This document shows positions 14,659 through 26,960 of a stretch of 64,000 nt of DNA, piece after piece. Positions within the stretch are counted from its first letter, which is position 1. Each line of letters opens with the position of its first letter. The stretch is taken from NCBI RefSeq assembly GCF_009914755.1, contig NC_060929.1. One strand, 5' to 3'. Both the position numbers and the translations under genes were made by a program. The notes below the pieces were generated by a model, which was not told where the DNA came from, ran no database searches, and saw only the letters and a list, made by a program, of their open reading frames with translations. Source of the DNA: the human T2T-CHM13v2.0 reference genome, Homo sapiens.

Positions 14659-15108
14659 GGTATCTACACAGGAACTGAACTGCTCATCTAGAGCTCAGTT
14701 GCCAAGATCATAATACATTGTCTGGCCCTCACCCCTTGTCACAGTTCTTTCATAAGCATCAGAAATGTTTCTAGTTTTCTCCCCTCTGGAAGGAATGGAC
14801 TGGATAAAAATATTCAAGATGGTTTGGGTGACTTTCTTATCCATTGTCTTGTCAACCATAAAAGGTATCTACAAAGATCGTAGAAGATCGTAGACATGTA
14901 GATCTCAGAAACCACCCAGATTTTCAGATGGAGAAGCTGAAGCCCAGAAGGATGGAAAGACTTGCTGTAGGTACTTCTGATAAGCAGTTATCCAGATGAT
15001 CCTGGAGGTCTTCGGACTCCCAATACAGTGCCCAAACTGGTCATGGATGTGATTGTGCTTTCAAATGGAAGAGTTTATGAGTTCCAACTTCATAAAATTA
15101 AGTCTTGA

Positions 15109-15570
15109 TGTGAGTTAGGATATATTTGGTTGCAGATAACATAAATTGACTCTGATCCTAAGCAGAAAGGATATTGAGAGCTGACTGCATTGGTGAGGAA
15201 GGGAGGACTTGGTTTTGTGACTGGACATGGTCCCAGGTGGCTCCAGCAGCCACAGAGCAGGAAGTATTACCAGCATTATGTACAGGACACCACCTCTGCT
15301 GCTAGAGAGCACAGCCTCCACCACCATCACCTAAAGTGAATTGAAATCATCACTTTGTCTTTGAGAGACCTCATACGATGTCAGAGTGCCAGGTAGAAAG
15401 TTCCCAAATGTGCTTTTCTGGATCTTGCATTTATGGCTTGGACTGGAAAGAGAAAAAGATCTGACCCTTACATCTTCCACAAGGAGATGGAGGAGTCCTA
15501 TTTTTACAAAGAAATAGAGCATATCCCAAAATAGAAAGTGGTTAGGTGCAGGACATTCAGAAAACAAAAT
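15109..15570 (-). mobile_element. Ancient MaLR LTR (MLT1J/K/L-like), very degraded
   Basis: tgtgagttaggatatatttggttgcagataacataaa start resembles old MLT1 termini; remainder weak. Confidence 0.4.
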
Positions 15571-18500
15571 AAAGCAAAACCAAGTATCTGCTGCAGTCTC
15601 CAGTGTGAGAGCTTCCATAGTAGAAGATGGTTTGTGCCAAAGTAAGTCCATTTCAAGCAAAAGTTTCATCTTTTAGCTTTCCCTAGAGCTCTCTTCTATT
15701 GCTAGACCAGTGTACATTTGGCATTACCTTTTCTTTTTCCATTCAGAATGAAATCCAGCGTTGAATTTTATTCTTTTATATTTGTTGATTTTAGCATTCT
15801 GCTCCCATTATGGCTCTAGACATATATAGTAACTTGTATGTTTCAGAATGCAAGTAAGCTGTCTTAACCTACTTTGTTAGTTTATTGCATACAACTAAGA
15901 GAAGTATCTCAAGGCAGGCTTGGGGATGTTTTTTTCAACCACCCACAGAATGCAGGTATATTTGTTCATTGATAATTTGGCTATGAAGAAATTATATATG
16001 CATCTTGAGTATTTGACCACATGGGTTCACTTTTTCACATGCGGAATTAACTAAAACACAAGTAACAATATCAATCACCTGCCCCTTAAACAGCAAGAGA
16101 TGTATTTATCTTAGCAAAAGAATGGGAGTGTTTCAACAGCAATATTATCTCAGATTATGTGTCTTCTGGGACTTCCTACCTTTTTCTGTACAGCCTATGG
16201 TCATCTTCTGTCTCCCACAGCATAGCCAAGAAAGGAAGCTAAGGAACTGGTGTTCTGTTGGTGAGATAATGTATGGATCTTTATTTAGTCCCTGACATCA
16301 GCACCTCCATCACCTTCTTTTTTAGAATCAGATTTATAGTTTCTTCTGAACAGGGATACAGCACTGCCACTCAGAATGACACCTAGCTGCTCTTCATGGA
16401 TCAGCCTAAGAATCTGATAAAGTTGTTCCCCTAGTTGCTGGCGAGTAATAAAAGCAATATGGTGGTGGGTTAGCAGCTGATTGGAGAAGCAAATGGATGT
16501 AGAGATTGGTGGCTACCATTTGCAATATTTATTAGTTTCATAAGTGGGCAAGAGAAAATAGACTGCCTTAATCCGTGTTTTTGATCTTTTACTGAACTAT
16601 TTTTTCAAACATCTTTCTGCACTAGGACCTAGGCCTATTCCCATGGTTACATGGCAGAATAGGCATTCCATCTGCATAAGTGATAGTTGCCAAGGTGAGT
16701 GTGTGTCTGTGTGAGTGTGTACAAAGCTTTGAGAATAAGCTTGTAAAATCACACAATGAGCTGCTTTTCTGTATCTTTGAGCAGGGTAACTGTATACCAG
16801 TGGAGGGAAGAGCCTAGGAAGACTCTTGTGACATGGCTCTGCCCCTGTCCTTCACCTCAGCCTCTCCTTCCAGGGACTTGATAACAGTCCATTGGTCTTG
16901 GGGTATCTTACTTTAGTTTTCTCAACCTCTGGCCATAGTAACATTGCAAAAATATTTACTCACACTTTGCCATCAACTTTACCATTTATTTCCCTCTTCA
17001 TAACACCTGAGTCTTCCCTCTGTAAATATTATCTATATCCAACTGCAGTAAGTTTAGAACACTGATGGAGCTCTCTTTCTGGTTTGAATGGAGTCAGATT
17101 AAAAATGTCCAGAGAACTCCTAATAAGTGCTTTTACATCTGAAAATGTTTAGTATAGCATAAATGCAAGAGCAGCTCTTTCAAAGGTGAAGTTCTTAACA
17201 TATAATGTGAAGCATGAGGGAAGTACAAAAAAAAATTACTTCTTAGGGCATTTTTACTAAGCCCATGCCATTAGGAGCTTCGGGAATATTGGAAGAATTC
17301 TGTAGAATATACCAAATAATTTATTACTTATTTTGTGTGGATTTCACAGGACTGTTAATTTTTTTTGCCAGATATTTCTGTATAATTTGCATAAAAATCC
17401 ATCTGAACTGAAGCCAAATTTTAATTTCAATTGCTGCTTTACAAAGAAATGTATTTTACTTCTTTTTAGCATGCTGGGGTGACCGTGCTCAGGTTTTTGC
17501 TGAGATAAGAGATCAATGAGATATTTCCACCATGGCTTTTTGAAGAGATTCTTTACTGTGTAATTGCTAAGACAATTAGCTGCAAGCTACAGCTACTATT
17601 CCTTAGAAATGAAAGATGCTTTCCACTGTAAGAATTATGTTACTCCTCAGTGGTGTTGACAAGATGAAGAACCATTTTGGATGTTATGATTCTGAAATGG
17701 CTATCTGTTGGTGATCCATGCTTCAACGTGGTTATGAGTCAGTTCTAGTCAACTGACATTTATAGCTTTTAGTTTATAGACTGGGGCTTTCAATTCAGCT
17801 CAATCAGGTGTCTGCAAATAAACATCTGTTATATTTAAGTTTTCCAGTGTCTTTCTTTCAACTCTTATTTCCCTTAAATCAAATGCTTATTTAGCAGAGC
17901 CTGAAAATAAAAATAAATAAATAAATACATAAATAATTAAGAAATGAAAACAACTCCAAATGGTCTCAATGGAATACTTCACAGAAAACTGTTATGAAAA
18001 GGCACAAAGAAAGTATATGAAAGGGTTTAAAATGGAGATAGCCTAATTTCTTTCATGTCCATTAAACTGTTATTAATAAAGAGGGTAATAACCCAGGCCA
18101 GATTACACAGTGCATTCAAGGATTTTCTCTTAGATCGTTAAAATAATTGTCATAATCAGGTTATGATACATTCGAGTGACACTTTGACAGCGTGGATTTG
18201 CATCCTGAATCTGCAAACTCTGTGACTTTGGATAAATTGCCGATCTCATATTAGTATTGGTTTCTTCGAAGAAAATCTGTAAACTGGATGCAAACAGGCA
18301 ATGACTTTGACCACCATGGGTCAGCACAACTGTCCCTGTGACCAACAAAACTCAGCCACACATGATCTTATGGTCTATAATATCATCCTCATACTTGGTA
18401 CAATCATCTCTTAAGTGAAGATGTGGTATAAAGGGCATTATTTCAGAGGGGGAGAATGGGTGACCCCGTGAGCAGATAGGTCATATCTCAATAGCCATAG

Positions 18501-19484
18501 AATTTAAATTGCTAAAAGAGCCCTTAAGTAAATGAGCGCTTTTAGCAGCACTTGAAGCTCTCTGTTGGGGTCCATTTGGAAATCACAGATGCTACTGAAA
18601 AAGCAGGGGGAATTCTTTCACTTACTCTTTATTGCCTTTGGAAAGATTTCTGATTATGCTCTGGTTTAGGGATAAGTCCTAATACCCAATCTGTGAGCCT
18701 TTACCGGGCATGGCATTCAGCATAAATGTGAAATGACAGTGTGTGCCCTCCGGAAATTACAGAGATAAATACAGCCTCGTATTATGCTGGGCCCGCAAGT
18801 CCATGGAGTGCTTTTGGAAACATACACCTTCCACCCACCAGCTCAGAGTGTTTTATCAGCACTTTACTAATGTGATTTCCAATGAAGGTCAGAAAGTTAA
18901 ACTTATCACCCAGTAGCCAGGGTTGATAGTTCATATCTTGATCTTATCACTGGGCCTCTTTTTCCCATTCCAATTGCTTTTTGAGGGCTTAGCACTGTTC
19001 ACTTGGGGGAACTGTTTGCTGTGAGCAGGAGCTTAATAAAAATAAAAATCTTGTTGTATAAGGCAAAACCAAAATGTCCAAAACAATATCCCTGTTTGCT
19101 CCCCAAATGTGGAATCTGACCCATCAATTTCCATCAGAATGATGTGACCCAATAACAAAGTCACTGTTTTGTTTTTGTTTTTGTTTTTTTTCTTCTGTGT
19201 TTGACTCTTCTTTCTCACACGTCAAAGAAAAGCCTGTAGTGAGCAGGTAACTGTCAAAGGATTCCTCTTTTGCTTTTTCCACTTCCCATTCAAATATAAT
19301 TGATTGCAGCAGCATCACAACAGCTTTTTAAAGGGAGCTACACTTGAAATGCAGAAGGATTCACTGAAAATGGCTATGCCACAAGATCCTCGATATCCAT
19401 AAGCAAGATAACCTACTATGTTCTAGAATCTCCACATTCATGAATGTCATGGTATATAATTTTTCAGTTTCCTTATATATAAAG

Positions 19485-19705
19485 CAGGGTTTCTCAACAA
19501 CAGCACTTTTGACATTTTGGGCTAGGTAACTCTGTTGTGGTACATATCCCATGCACAGTAGGTGCTTATCAACATCTGTAACCTCTGTCCTGCTAGTTGC
19601 CAGTAGCAAACCCCCTACCCCATTGTGATAACCAAAATTGTCTTCAGACATTGCTCTATGTCCCTTGTTGGGCAGTTGTTCCCTTGTCCCAGTTGAGAAC
19701 CACTG
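19485..19705 (-). mobile_element. MER20 hAT-Charlie MITE
   Basis: TIRs cagggtttctcaac / gttgagaaccactg; 8-bp TSD atataaag / atgtaaag. Confidence 0.9.
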
Positions 19706-19957
19706 ATGTAAAGTGAGGTTAATATTTCCTTCTGTAGGTTGCTAGGATCACGAAAGGAAATTTATCCTTTATTAAATTAAAAGAAATAGTGCACAGGGTG
19801 AGACCAAGAAATCGGCAAGTTGTGAATGCCAGAGGCCTGCAGTCTTCACTCACAAATGATTTGATTTACTCAGACACAAAACTCATGCTGCAAAATTAGT
19901 CTTACAAAGGCATATAAGCTCCATTTCACGAGGGTCATTAGAAACAACTGAAAAAGG

Positions 19958-20497
19958 AAATATTAATTAATTAATAATTAATATTTAATTAATTATTTAA
20001 ATATATTTAATATAATTAATTATATAATATAATATTATATTTTATTATAATATAATATAATATTATATTTTATTATAATATAATATAATATTATATTTTA
20101 TTATAATATAATATTATATTTTATTATAATATAATATTATATTATAATATAATATAATATTGTATTATATTTTATTATAATATAATATATTATATTATAA
20201 TATATTATATTTTATTATAATATAATATAATATATTGTATTATATTATATTTTATAATATTATATTTTATTATAATATAACATTATATTATATTTTATTA
20301 TAATATAATATATTTTATTATAATATAATATATTTTATTATAATATAATATATTTTATTATAATATAATATTATAATTTTATTATAATATATTATATTTT
20401 ATTATAATATAATATAATATATTATATTTTATTATAATATAATATATTTATTTTATTATAATATATTAATTAAATAATAATTAATTAATATTAAATT
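19958..20497. repeat. AT-rich minisatellite (~540 bp; variable units around tattatattttattataatataatataa)
   Basis: Only three G/C bases seen in the tract; tandem variant units; 15-bp terminal inverted repeat. Confidence 0.95.
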
Positions 20498-21659
20498 GGC
20501 AAAGGGTACAGGTCTACTGGAGTTCCCTGTACCTTCGATGTGAAGGTTCATTTAATATCTAGCATCATTTCTTGTTTTGAATGTTACAATTTGCATCTTG
20601 AGAACACTGCCTGACACTTAACATATGCCCAAAGAATGTTAAACGGAAGGAGGGAGGGCAGCCTCTCAAGAATAGACCCAAGATCCAATGATCACACAGG
20701 CCCAGGCTAAACTTCAGCATCCTGAAATCTTCTAATCAATTCCTGGGTTCTTCTCCATGCTTTGTGTATGTCTTGACTCTAAAGTCTACTATGTGACCTT
20801 AGTAAGTAGCTTTACTGTTCTGTGCCCTAGCTTTGTCATCTATAGGATATTAACAGTGCATACCTCCAAGAATTGTACCAAGGAGTAAGTACCTGGTACA
20901 TTAGTCAGTGATGGCCAATACAACTATTATCGTCATCATCATGGTCATATTATAGTTTTAGGGTGAAGTTGATTTTTTTGGATCCCAGGGACAGAAAGAT
21001 GAGTTGATCCTACTCCTCTGTTCGTGGCACATCACTATTATTGATCTGTACAGGGCTCTAATCTTATTTTAAAAGTAAAATACTTTCTTTCATTTCCATA
21101 TCACATTTCCACTTCCCCTTCCCAAAATCATATTGTTGGTACCATAGAAAATCATTCTAATGTAGCCATTGAGTACCTTTTGTTTTTATATGTTCATGCA
21201 TATTGTCTTGTATGCATGTATCTAATTTTCATAAATAAAATGGTGTGTATCTGATTTCTTCTTACTCTTTTTACTCTGCCTGTTACTGCATGCTCGTATA
21301 CTCCTTGGTAGTTGCCTGATGCCTAACAATACACACCAACACATTTTACCCCTGTATTTTCCAGTGAAAACCACACAAGTGGCCTCCAATTCTCCACAAA
21401 TAACAATCATGAATGTCCTCGTTCATAAACCCTTCAGATATGTGTGAGGATGTATTTGGGATATGCGTTGTGCACACATCTCTGTTAAAAACCTGATACA
21501 GGAAACCATTCCAAATTTTTGGTCTTGCCACATCAATATCACTGTTACCTGCAGTTTCATTCAGAGTAATAGCATCAATATATCAAGATGATGGCAGAGA
21601 TAAATACATTTATTTATTGCATGCGTTTTTATTTGCTAGGTAGTATGCTAGGTATTTTA

Positions 21660-22172
21660 TGTCCTCAAGACTTCACATTCAGTAATTCAAGAGGAGGACT
21701 CAGGGCACTCAGCATATGGCTGTACTCATGGCCATGACTTTCTTCCAGCAAAAGGACGCTAAGCACAATCAGCAGAGGAAAAAGGTGCATGGGGCACCTT
21801 TTCGAGAAGAAATCAGATGAAATTATTCAGAGTCCTCTGCCAGTGGAGTCACACTGAATGCACTTAATTCCCTCAACAACTAAGTGTGACAATATGTGTG
21901 AAATGTTGCCAACCAGAGGAACTTTTTTTATTGAGGCTGGCCACGTAGGCAGCCTGTGCCTGGGATATACCAAAATCCCAGATTCCCAGAAGGAAAACAC
22001 ATGTTCAGCATAAACCCTATTGTCGAGGAATAGCTTGCCATTTTTATCCTTTCTGAGAATTTTGAGAAACTTTCCAAAATCCAACTTCCCAAACTCCAGC
22101 GAAAGCCAACCTTATAAGCAACCCTTTCAAAGGACAGCAGTCAGGCCCAATACGTTAACTCTTTTCTTGCCC
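21660..22172 (-). mobile_element. ERVL-class LTR (MER21/MER77-like)
   Basis: gagtcctctgccagtggagtcacac...cagattcccagaaggaaaacacatgttcagcataaacc...gttaactcttttct resembles the MER21/MER77 family. Confidence 0.7.
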
Positions 22173-24392
22173 ATTTTGTTTTCATTATCTGTCAGTGCAC
22201 TGAAAGCTGGTAATTATGTTTTCATTTTTAAATGAGAAAACCAAGAATTTAAGTAACTTACCCCAGGTCACAGTTCAGAAGAGGAGTCAGGATGTACCCC
22301 TAAGCTTCCTAGAAACCAGCCTCCTTTTTAAACTGCCTTCAAGAATTGATGTTCTCTCTGCTATAATTTCAGCTCATTATTAGCAATTAAACACACAAAA
22401 TTTAATAATTTCTTTCTTTGCTGAACATAGCTTAATCTGTCATTTTCTTCTTTTAGAAGCAGCTTCTTGGAAAACTTTAAGTTAATACATTGACATAAGC
22501 AGAGGGTTTGGTTATTGCTACAGTCCTGAGAAAGGGACATTTTTTTCTCTACTTGGATGACGGGTTTTTTTTATTTAATTTCCATAGTTTTGGGGGTACA
22601 TGTTGTTTTTTGTTACATGGATAAGTTCTTTAGTAATGATTTCTGAGATTTTGGTGCACCCATCACCCGAGCAGTGTACACTGTACCCAGTATGTAGCCT
22701 TTTATCCCTCACCCACGAACTCACGCTTCCCCCCGAGTCCCTAAAGTCCTTTATATCATTCTTAGCCTTCGTATTCTCATAGCTTAGCTCCTACCTACTA
22801 GTGAGAACATAGGATATTTGCTTTTCTATTATTGAATTACTTCAGTTAGAATAATGGCCTCCAGCTCCATCCAAGTTACTGCAAAGACCATTATTTCATT
22901 CTGTTTTATGGCTGAGTAGTATTCCACAGTACATATATACCAAATATTCTTTATCCACTCATTGGCTGATGGGCATTTACGTTGGTTTCATATTTTTGCA
23001 ATTGTGAATTACGCTGCTAGAAACATGCATGTGCATGGGTCTCTTTCATGTAATGACTTATTTTCCTTTGGGTGGATACCGAGTAGTAGGATTGCTAGGT
23101 CAAATGATAGTTTTACTTTCAGTTCTTTAAGGAATCTTCATACTGTTTTCAATAGTGGTTATACTAGTTTACAATTCTACTAGCAACGTAAAGGAGTTCC
23201 CTTTGCACCACATCCATGCAAATATCTATTATTTTTCGACTTTTTAATTATGGTCTTACCACCTTACTCCTCTAAGCTGGAGGAGTAAGGTAGTAAGTCA
23301 TTGTGGTTTTGATTTGCATTTCCCTGATAATTAGTGATGTTGAGCATTTTTTATGTTCATTGGCCATTTGTATATCTTGAGAATTGTCTATTCATGTTCT
23401 TTAATTATTTTTTGATGGGATTATTTGTTTTTATTCTTGCTCATTTGAGTTCCTTATAGATTCTGAATATTAGTCCCTTGTCGGATGCATTGTTTGCAGA
23501 TATTTTCTCCCACACTCTAGGTTGTCTCTTTGCTGATTATTTCTTTTGCTGTGCAGAAGCTTTTTAGTTTAATTAGGTCTCATTTATTTATTTTGGTTTT
23601 TGTTGTATTTCTTTGGTGTTCTTAGTCATGATTTTTCTGCCTAAGCCAGTGTCTAGAAGAATTTTCCTGATGTTATCTTGAAGAACATTTATGGTTTCAG
23701 CTCTTAGATTTAAGTATTTGATCCATCTTGAGTTGATTTTTGTGTAAAGTGAGAGATGAAGATCCAGTTCATTCTTCTACTTGTGGCTTGTTAGTTGAAT
23801 AAGGTGTCCTTTCCCCACTTTATGTTTTTGTTTGCTTTGTTGAAAATCAGTTGACTGTAAGTATTTTGCTTTATTTCTGAGTTCTCTACTCAGTTCCCTT
23901 GGTCTGTGTTCATATTTTTATACCAGTACCATGCTGTTTTGGTAACTATAGCCTTGTAGTATAATTTGCATTTGAGTAATGTGGTGCCTCCAGATTTGTT
24001 CTTTTTGCTTAGTATTGCTTTGGCTATGTGGGCTCCTCTGTGTTTCCATATAAATTTTAGGATTCTTTTTTCTGGTTCTGTGAAGAATGGTGATGATATT
24101 TTGATGGAAATTCCATTGAATCAGTAGATTCCTTTGGGCAGTAAGGTCATTTTCTCAGTATTGATTCTACCCATCCATTAGCATAGAATGTGTTTCCATT
24201 TGTTTGTGTCACATATGATTTCTTTAAGCAATGTTTTGTAATCTTCCTTACATAGATCTGTCACCTCATTGGTTAAGTATATTCCTAAGTATTATATTTT
24301 TTGAAGCTGTTGTAAAAGGGATCATGTTCTTGATTTGATTCTCAGCTTTGTCGTTGTTGGTGTATAACAGTGCTATTGATGCATATGTTGAT

Positions 24393-24896
24393 TTAGTATG
24401 CTGAGATTTTGCTGAATTCATCTATCAGATCTAGGAGCTTTTTGAGTGAGTCTTTAGGGTTTTTTAGATGTACAATCATATCGGTGAACAGCGACAGTTT
24501 TACTTCCTGTTTTCCAATTCGGAGGCCCTTTCTTTCCTTCTCTTGTCTGATTGCTCTGGCTAGGACTTTCAGTACCATGAAGAATGGAAGTGGGGAATGT
24601 GGGCATCCTTGTGTTGTTCCATTTTTCAGGGGGAATCCTTTCATCTTTTCGCCATGCAGTCTGATGTTGGCTGTGGGTTTGTCATAGATGGCTTTTATTA
24701 CTTTGAGGTATGTCCCTTCTATGCCAATTTTGTTGAGAGGTTTTATCATAAAGGGATGCTGGATTTTATTAAATGCTTTTTCTGCATCTGTTGAGATGAT
24801 CATATGATTTTTGTTTTTAATTCTCTTTATGTGATGTATCACATTTATTGACTTGCATATGTTAAACCATCCCTGTATCCCTGGTATGAAACCCAC
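24393..24896 (-). pseudogene. L1 ORF2p reverse-transcriptase domain remnant
   Basis: [22 protein letters not shown]...[14 protein letters not shown]...[10 protein letters not shown]...LFTDMIV; catalytic FADD motif decayed; flanked by stops and frameshifts. Confidence 0.93.
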
Positions 24897-26647
24897 TTGA
24901 TCATGGTGAATTATCTTTTTGATATGTTGTTGGATTCAGTTAGCTAGTATTTTGTTAAGGATTTTAGTGTCTGTGTTCATCAGGGATATCAGCCACAGTT
25001 TTCTTTTTGGTTATGTCCTTTCCTGGTTTTAATTTTAAGGTGATGCTGGCTTCATAGAATGATTTAGGGAGGGTCCCCTCTTTCTCTATCTTGTGGAATA
25101 CTGTCAATAGGATTGGTACCAATTCCTTTTTTAATGTCTGGTAGAATTCTGCTGTGAATTCATCTGGTCCTGGACTTTTTTTGTTGGTAGGTAATTTTTA
25201 AATTACTATTTCAATCTTGCTGCTTGTTATTGGTCTGTTAAGGGTATCTCATTCTTCCTGATTTAAGCTAGGAGGTTTGTATCTTTCTAGGAATTTATCC
25301 ATCTCCTCTAGTGTTTCTAGTTTATGTGCATAAAGGTGTTCATAGTAGCCTTGAATGATCTTTTGTGTTTCTGTGATATTGGGTGTAATATCTCCCATTT
25401 CATTTCTAATTGAGCTTATTTGGATCTTCTCTTTTCTTTTTTTAGTTAATCTCTTTAATGCTCTGTCAATTTTATGTATCTTTTCAAAGAACCAGCTTTT
25501 AATTTCATTGATATTTTGTAATTTTTTTGTTTCATTTTTATTTAGTTCTGCTCTGATCCTTGTTATTACTTTTCTTCTGCTGGTTTGTAGTTTGGTTTGC
25601 TCTTGTTTCTCTAGTTCCTTGAAGTGTAACCTTAGATTGTCTGTTTGTGATCTTTCAGACTTTTGATGTACTCATTTAATGCTGTAAACTTTCCACTTAG
25701 CACTGCTTTTGCTGTAACCCAGAAGTTTGGATAAGTTGTGTCACTATTATTCATTTCAAATAATTTTAAATTTCCATCTTGATTTCATTGTTGACCCAAA
25801 CATCATTCAAGAGCAGATTATTTAATTTCCATATATTTGTATAGTTTTTTGTGGGTTCTAATTGTGGGTGATTTCTAGTTTTATTCCACTGTGATCAGAG
25901 AAGATACTTGATGTGATTTTGATTTTCTTAAATTTATTGAGTCTTTTTTTGTGACTTAGCATATGGTCTATCTTAGAGAATATTCCACATGCTGATGAGA
26001 ATAATGTATATTCTGCATCTGCTCAATCCATTTCTTCTAGGATATAGTTTAAGTCCATTGTTTCTTTGTTGACTTTCTGTCTTGATGATTGATCTAGTGT
26101 TTTATTGAAGTCCCCCAGTGTTATTATGTTGCTGTCTATCTCATTTCTTAGGTCTAGTAGTAATTGTTTTATAAATCTGGGAGCTTAAGTGTTCGGTGCA
26201 TATATATTTAGGACTGTGATACCTTCCTGTTGGACAAATTTTTTAATCATTATATAATGTCCCTCATTGTCTTTTTTTTTTTTTTTTTTTACTGTTCTTG
26301 CTTTAAAGTCTGTTTTGTCTGATCTAAAAATAGCTACTCCAGCTCACTTTTGGTTTCCGTTTGCCTAGAATATCTTTTTCTACCCCTTTACCTTATATTT
26401 ATGTGAGTCCTTATGTCTTAAGTGAGTATCTTGAAGACAGCAGATATTTGGTTGGTGAATTTTTATCCATTCTGCCATTCTGTGTCTTTTAAGTAGAACA
26501 TTTAGGCCATTTACATTTGACATTAGTATTAAGATATGAGGTCCCTTTATATTCATAATGTTAGTTGTTGCCTAAATAGTTTGGTTTTTTTTTTTTTAAT
26601 TGTGTTTTGTTTTAGAGACCATGTGAGATGTATGCTTTAAGGAAGTT

Positions 26648-26960
26648 CTATTTTGGTGTATATTGAGGTTTTGATTCAAGATTTAGAACTCCTTTTAGCA
26701 TTTCTTGTAGTGCTGATCTGGTAGTGGCAAATTCTCTCAGCATTTGTTTGTCTGAAAAAGAATTTATTTCTCCTTCATTTATAAAGCCTAGTTTCACTGG
26801 ATACACAATTCTTGGCTTACAATTGTTTTGTTTAAGGAGACCAAAGATAGGACCCAAAGTCCTTCTGGCTTGTAAGGTTTCTTGTGAGAAATCTGCTTTT
26901 AATCTGATAGGTTTTCCTTTGTAGGTTACCTGATGCTTTTTTCTCACAGCTCCTAAGTGA
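26648..26960 (-). pseudogene. L1 ORF1p C-terminal remnant
   Basis: QVTYKGKPIRLKADFSQETLQARR...PRIVYPVKL...FSDKQMLREFATTRSALQEMLKGVL. Confidence 0.92.

Noticed and set aside
19958-20497. Repeat array considered as CRISPR-like or as a DNA transposon
   Set aside because: Units are contiguous with no unique spacers, there are no cas genes and the context is human; the terminal inverted repeat is low complexity with no clear TSD.
20503-20534. ggtacagg...cctgtacc hairpin beside the AT array
   Set aside because: 8-bp stem, not distinguishable from chance.
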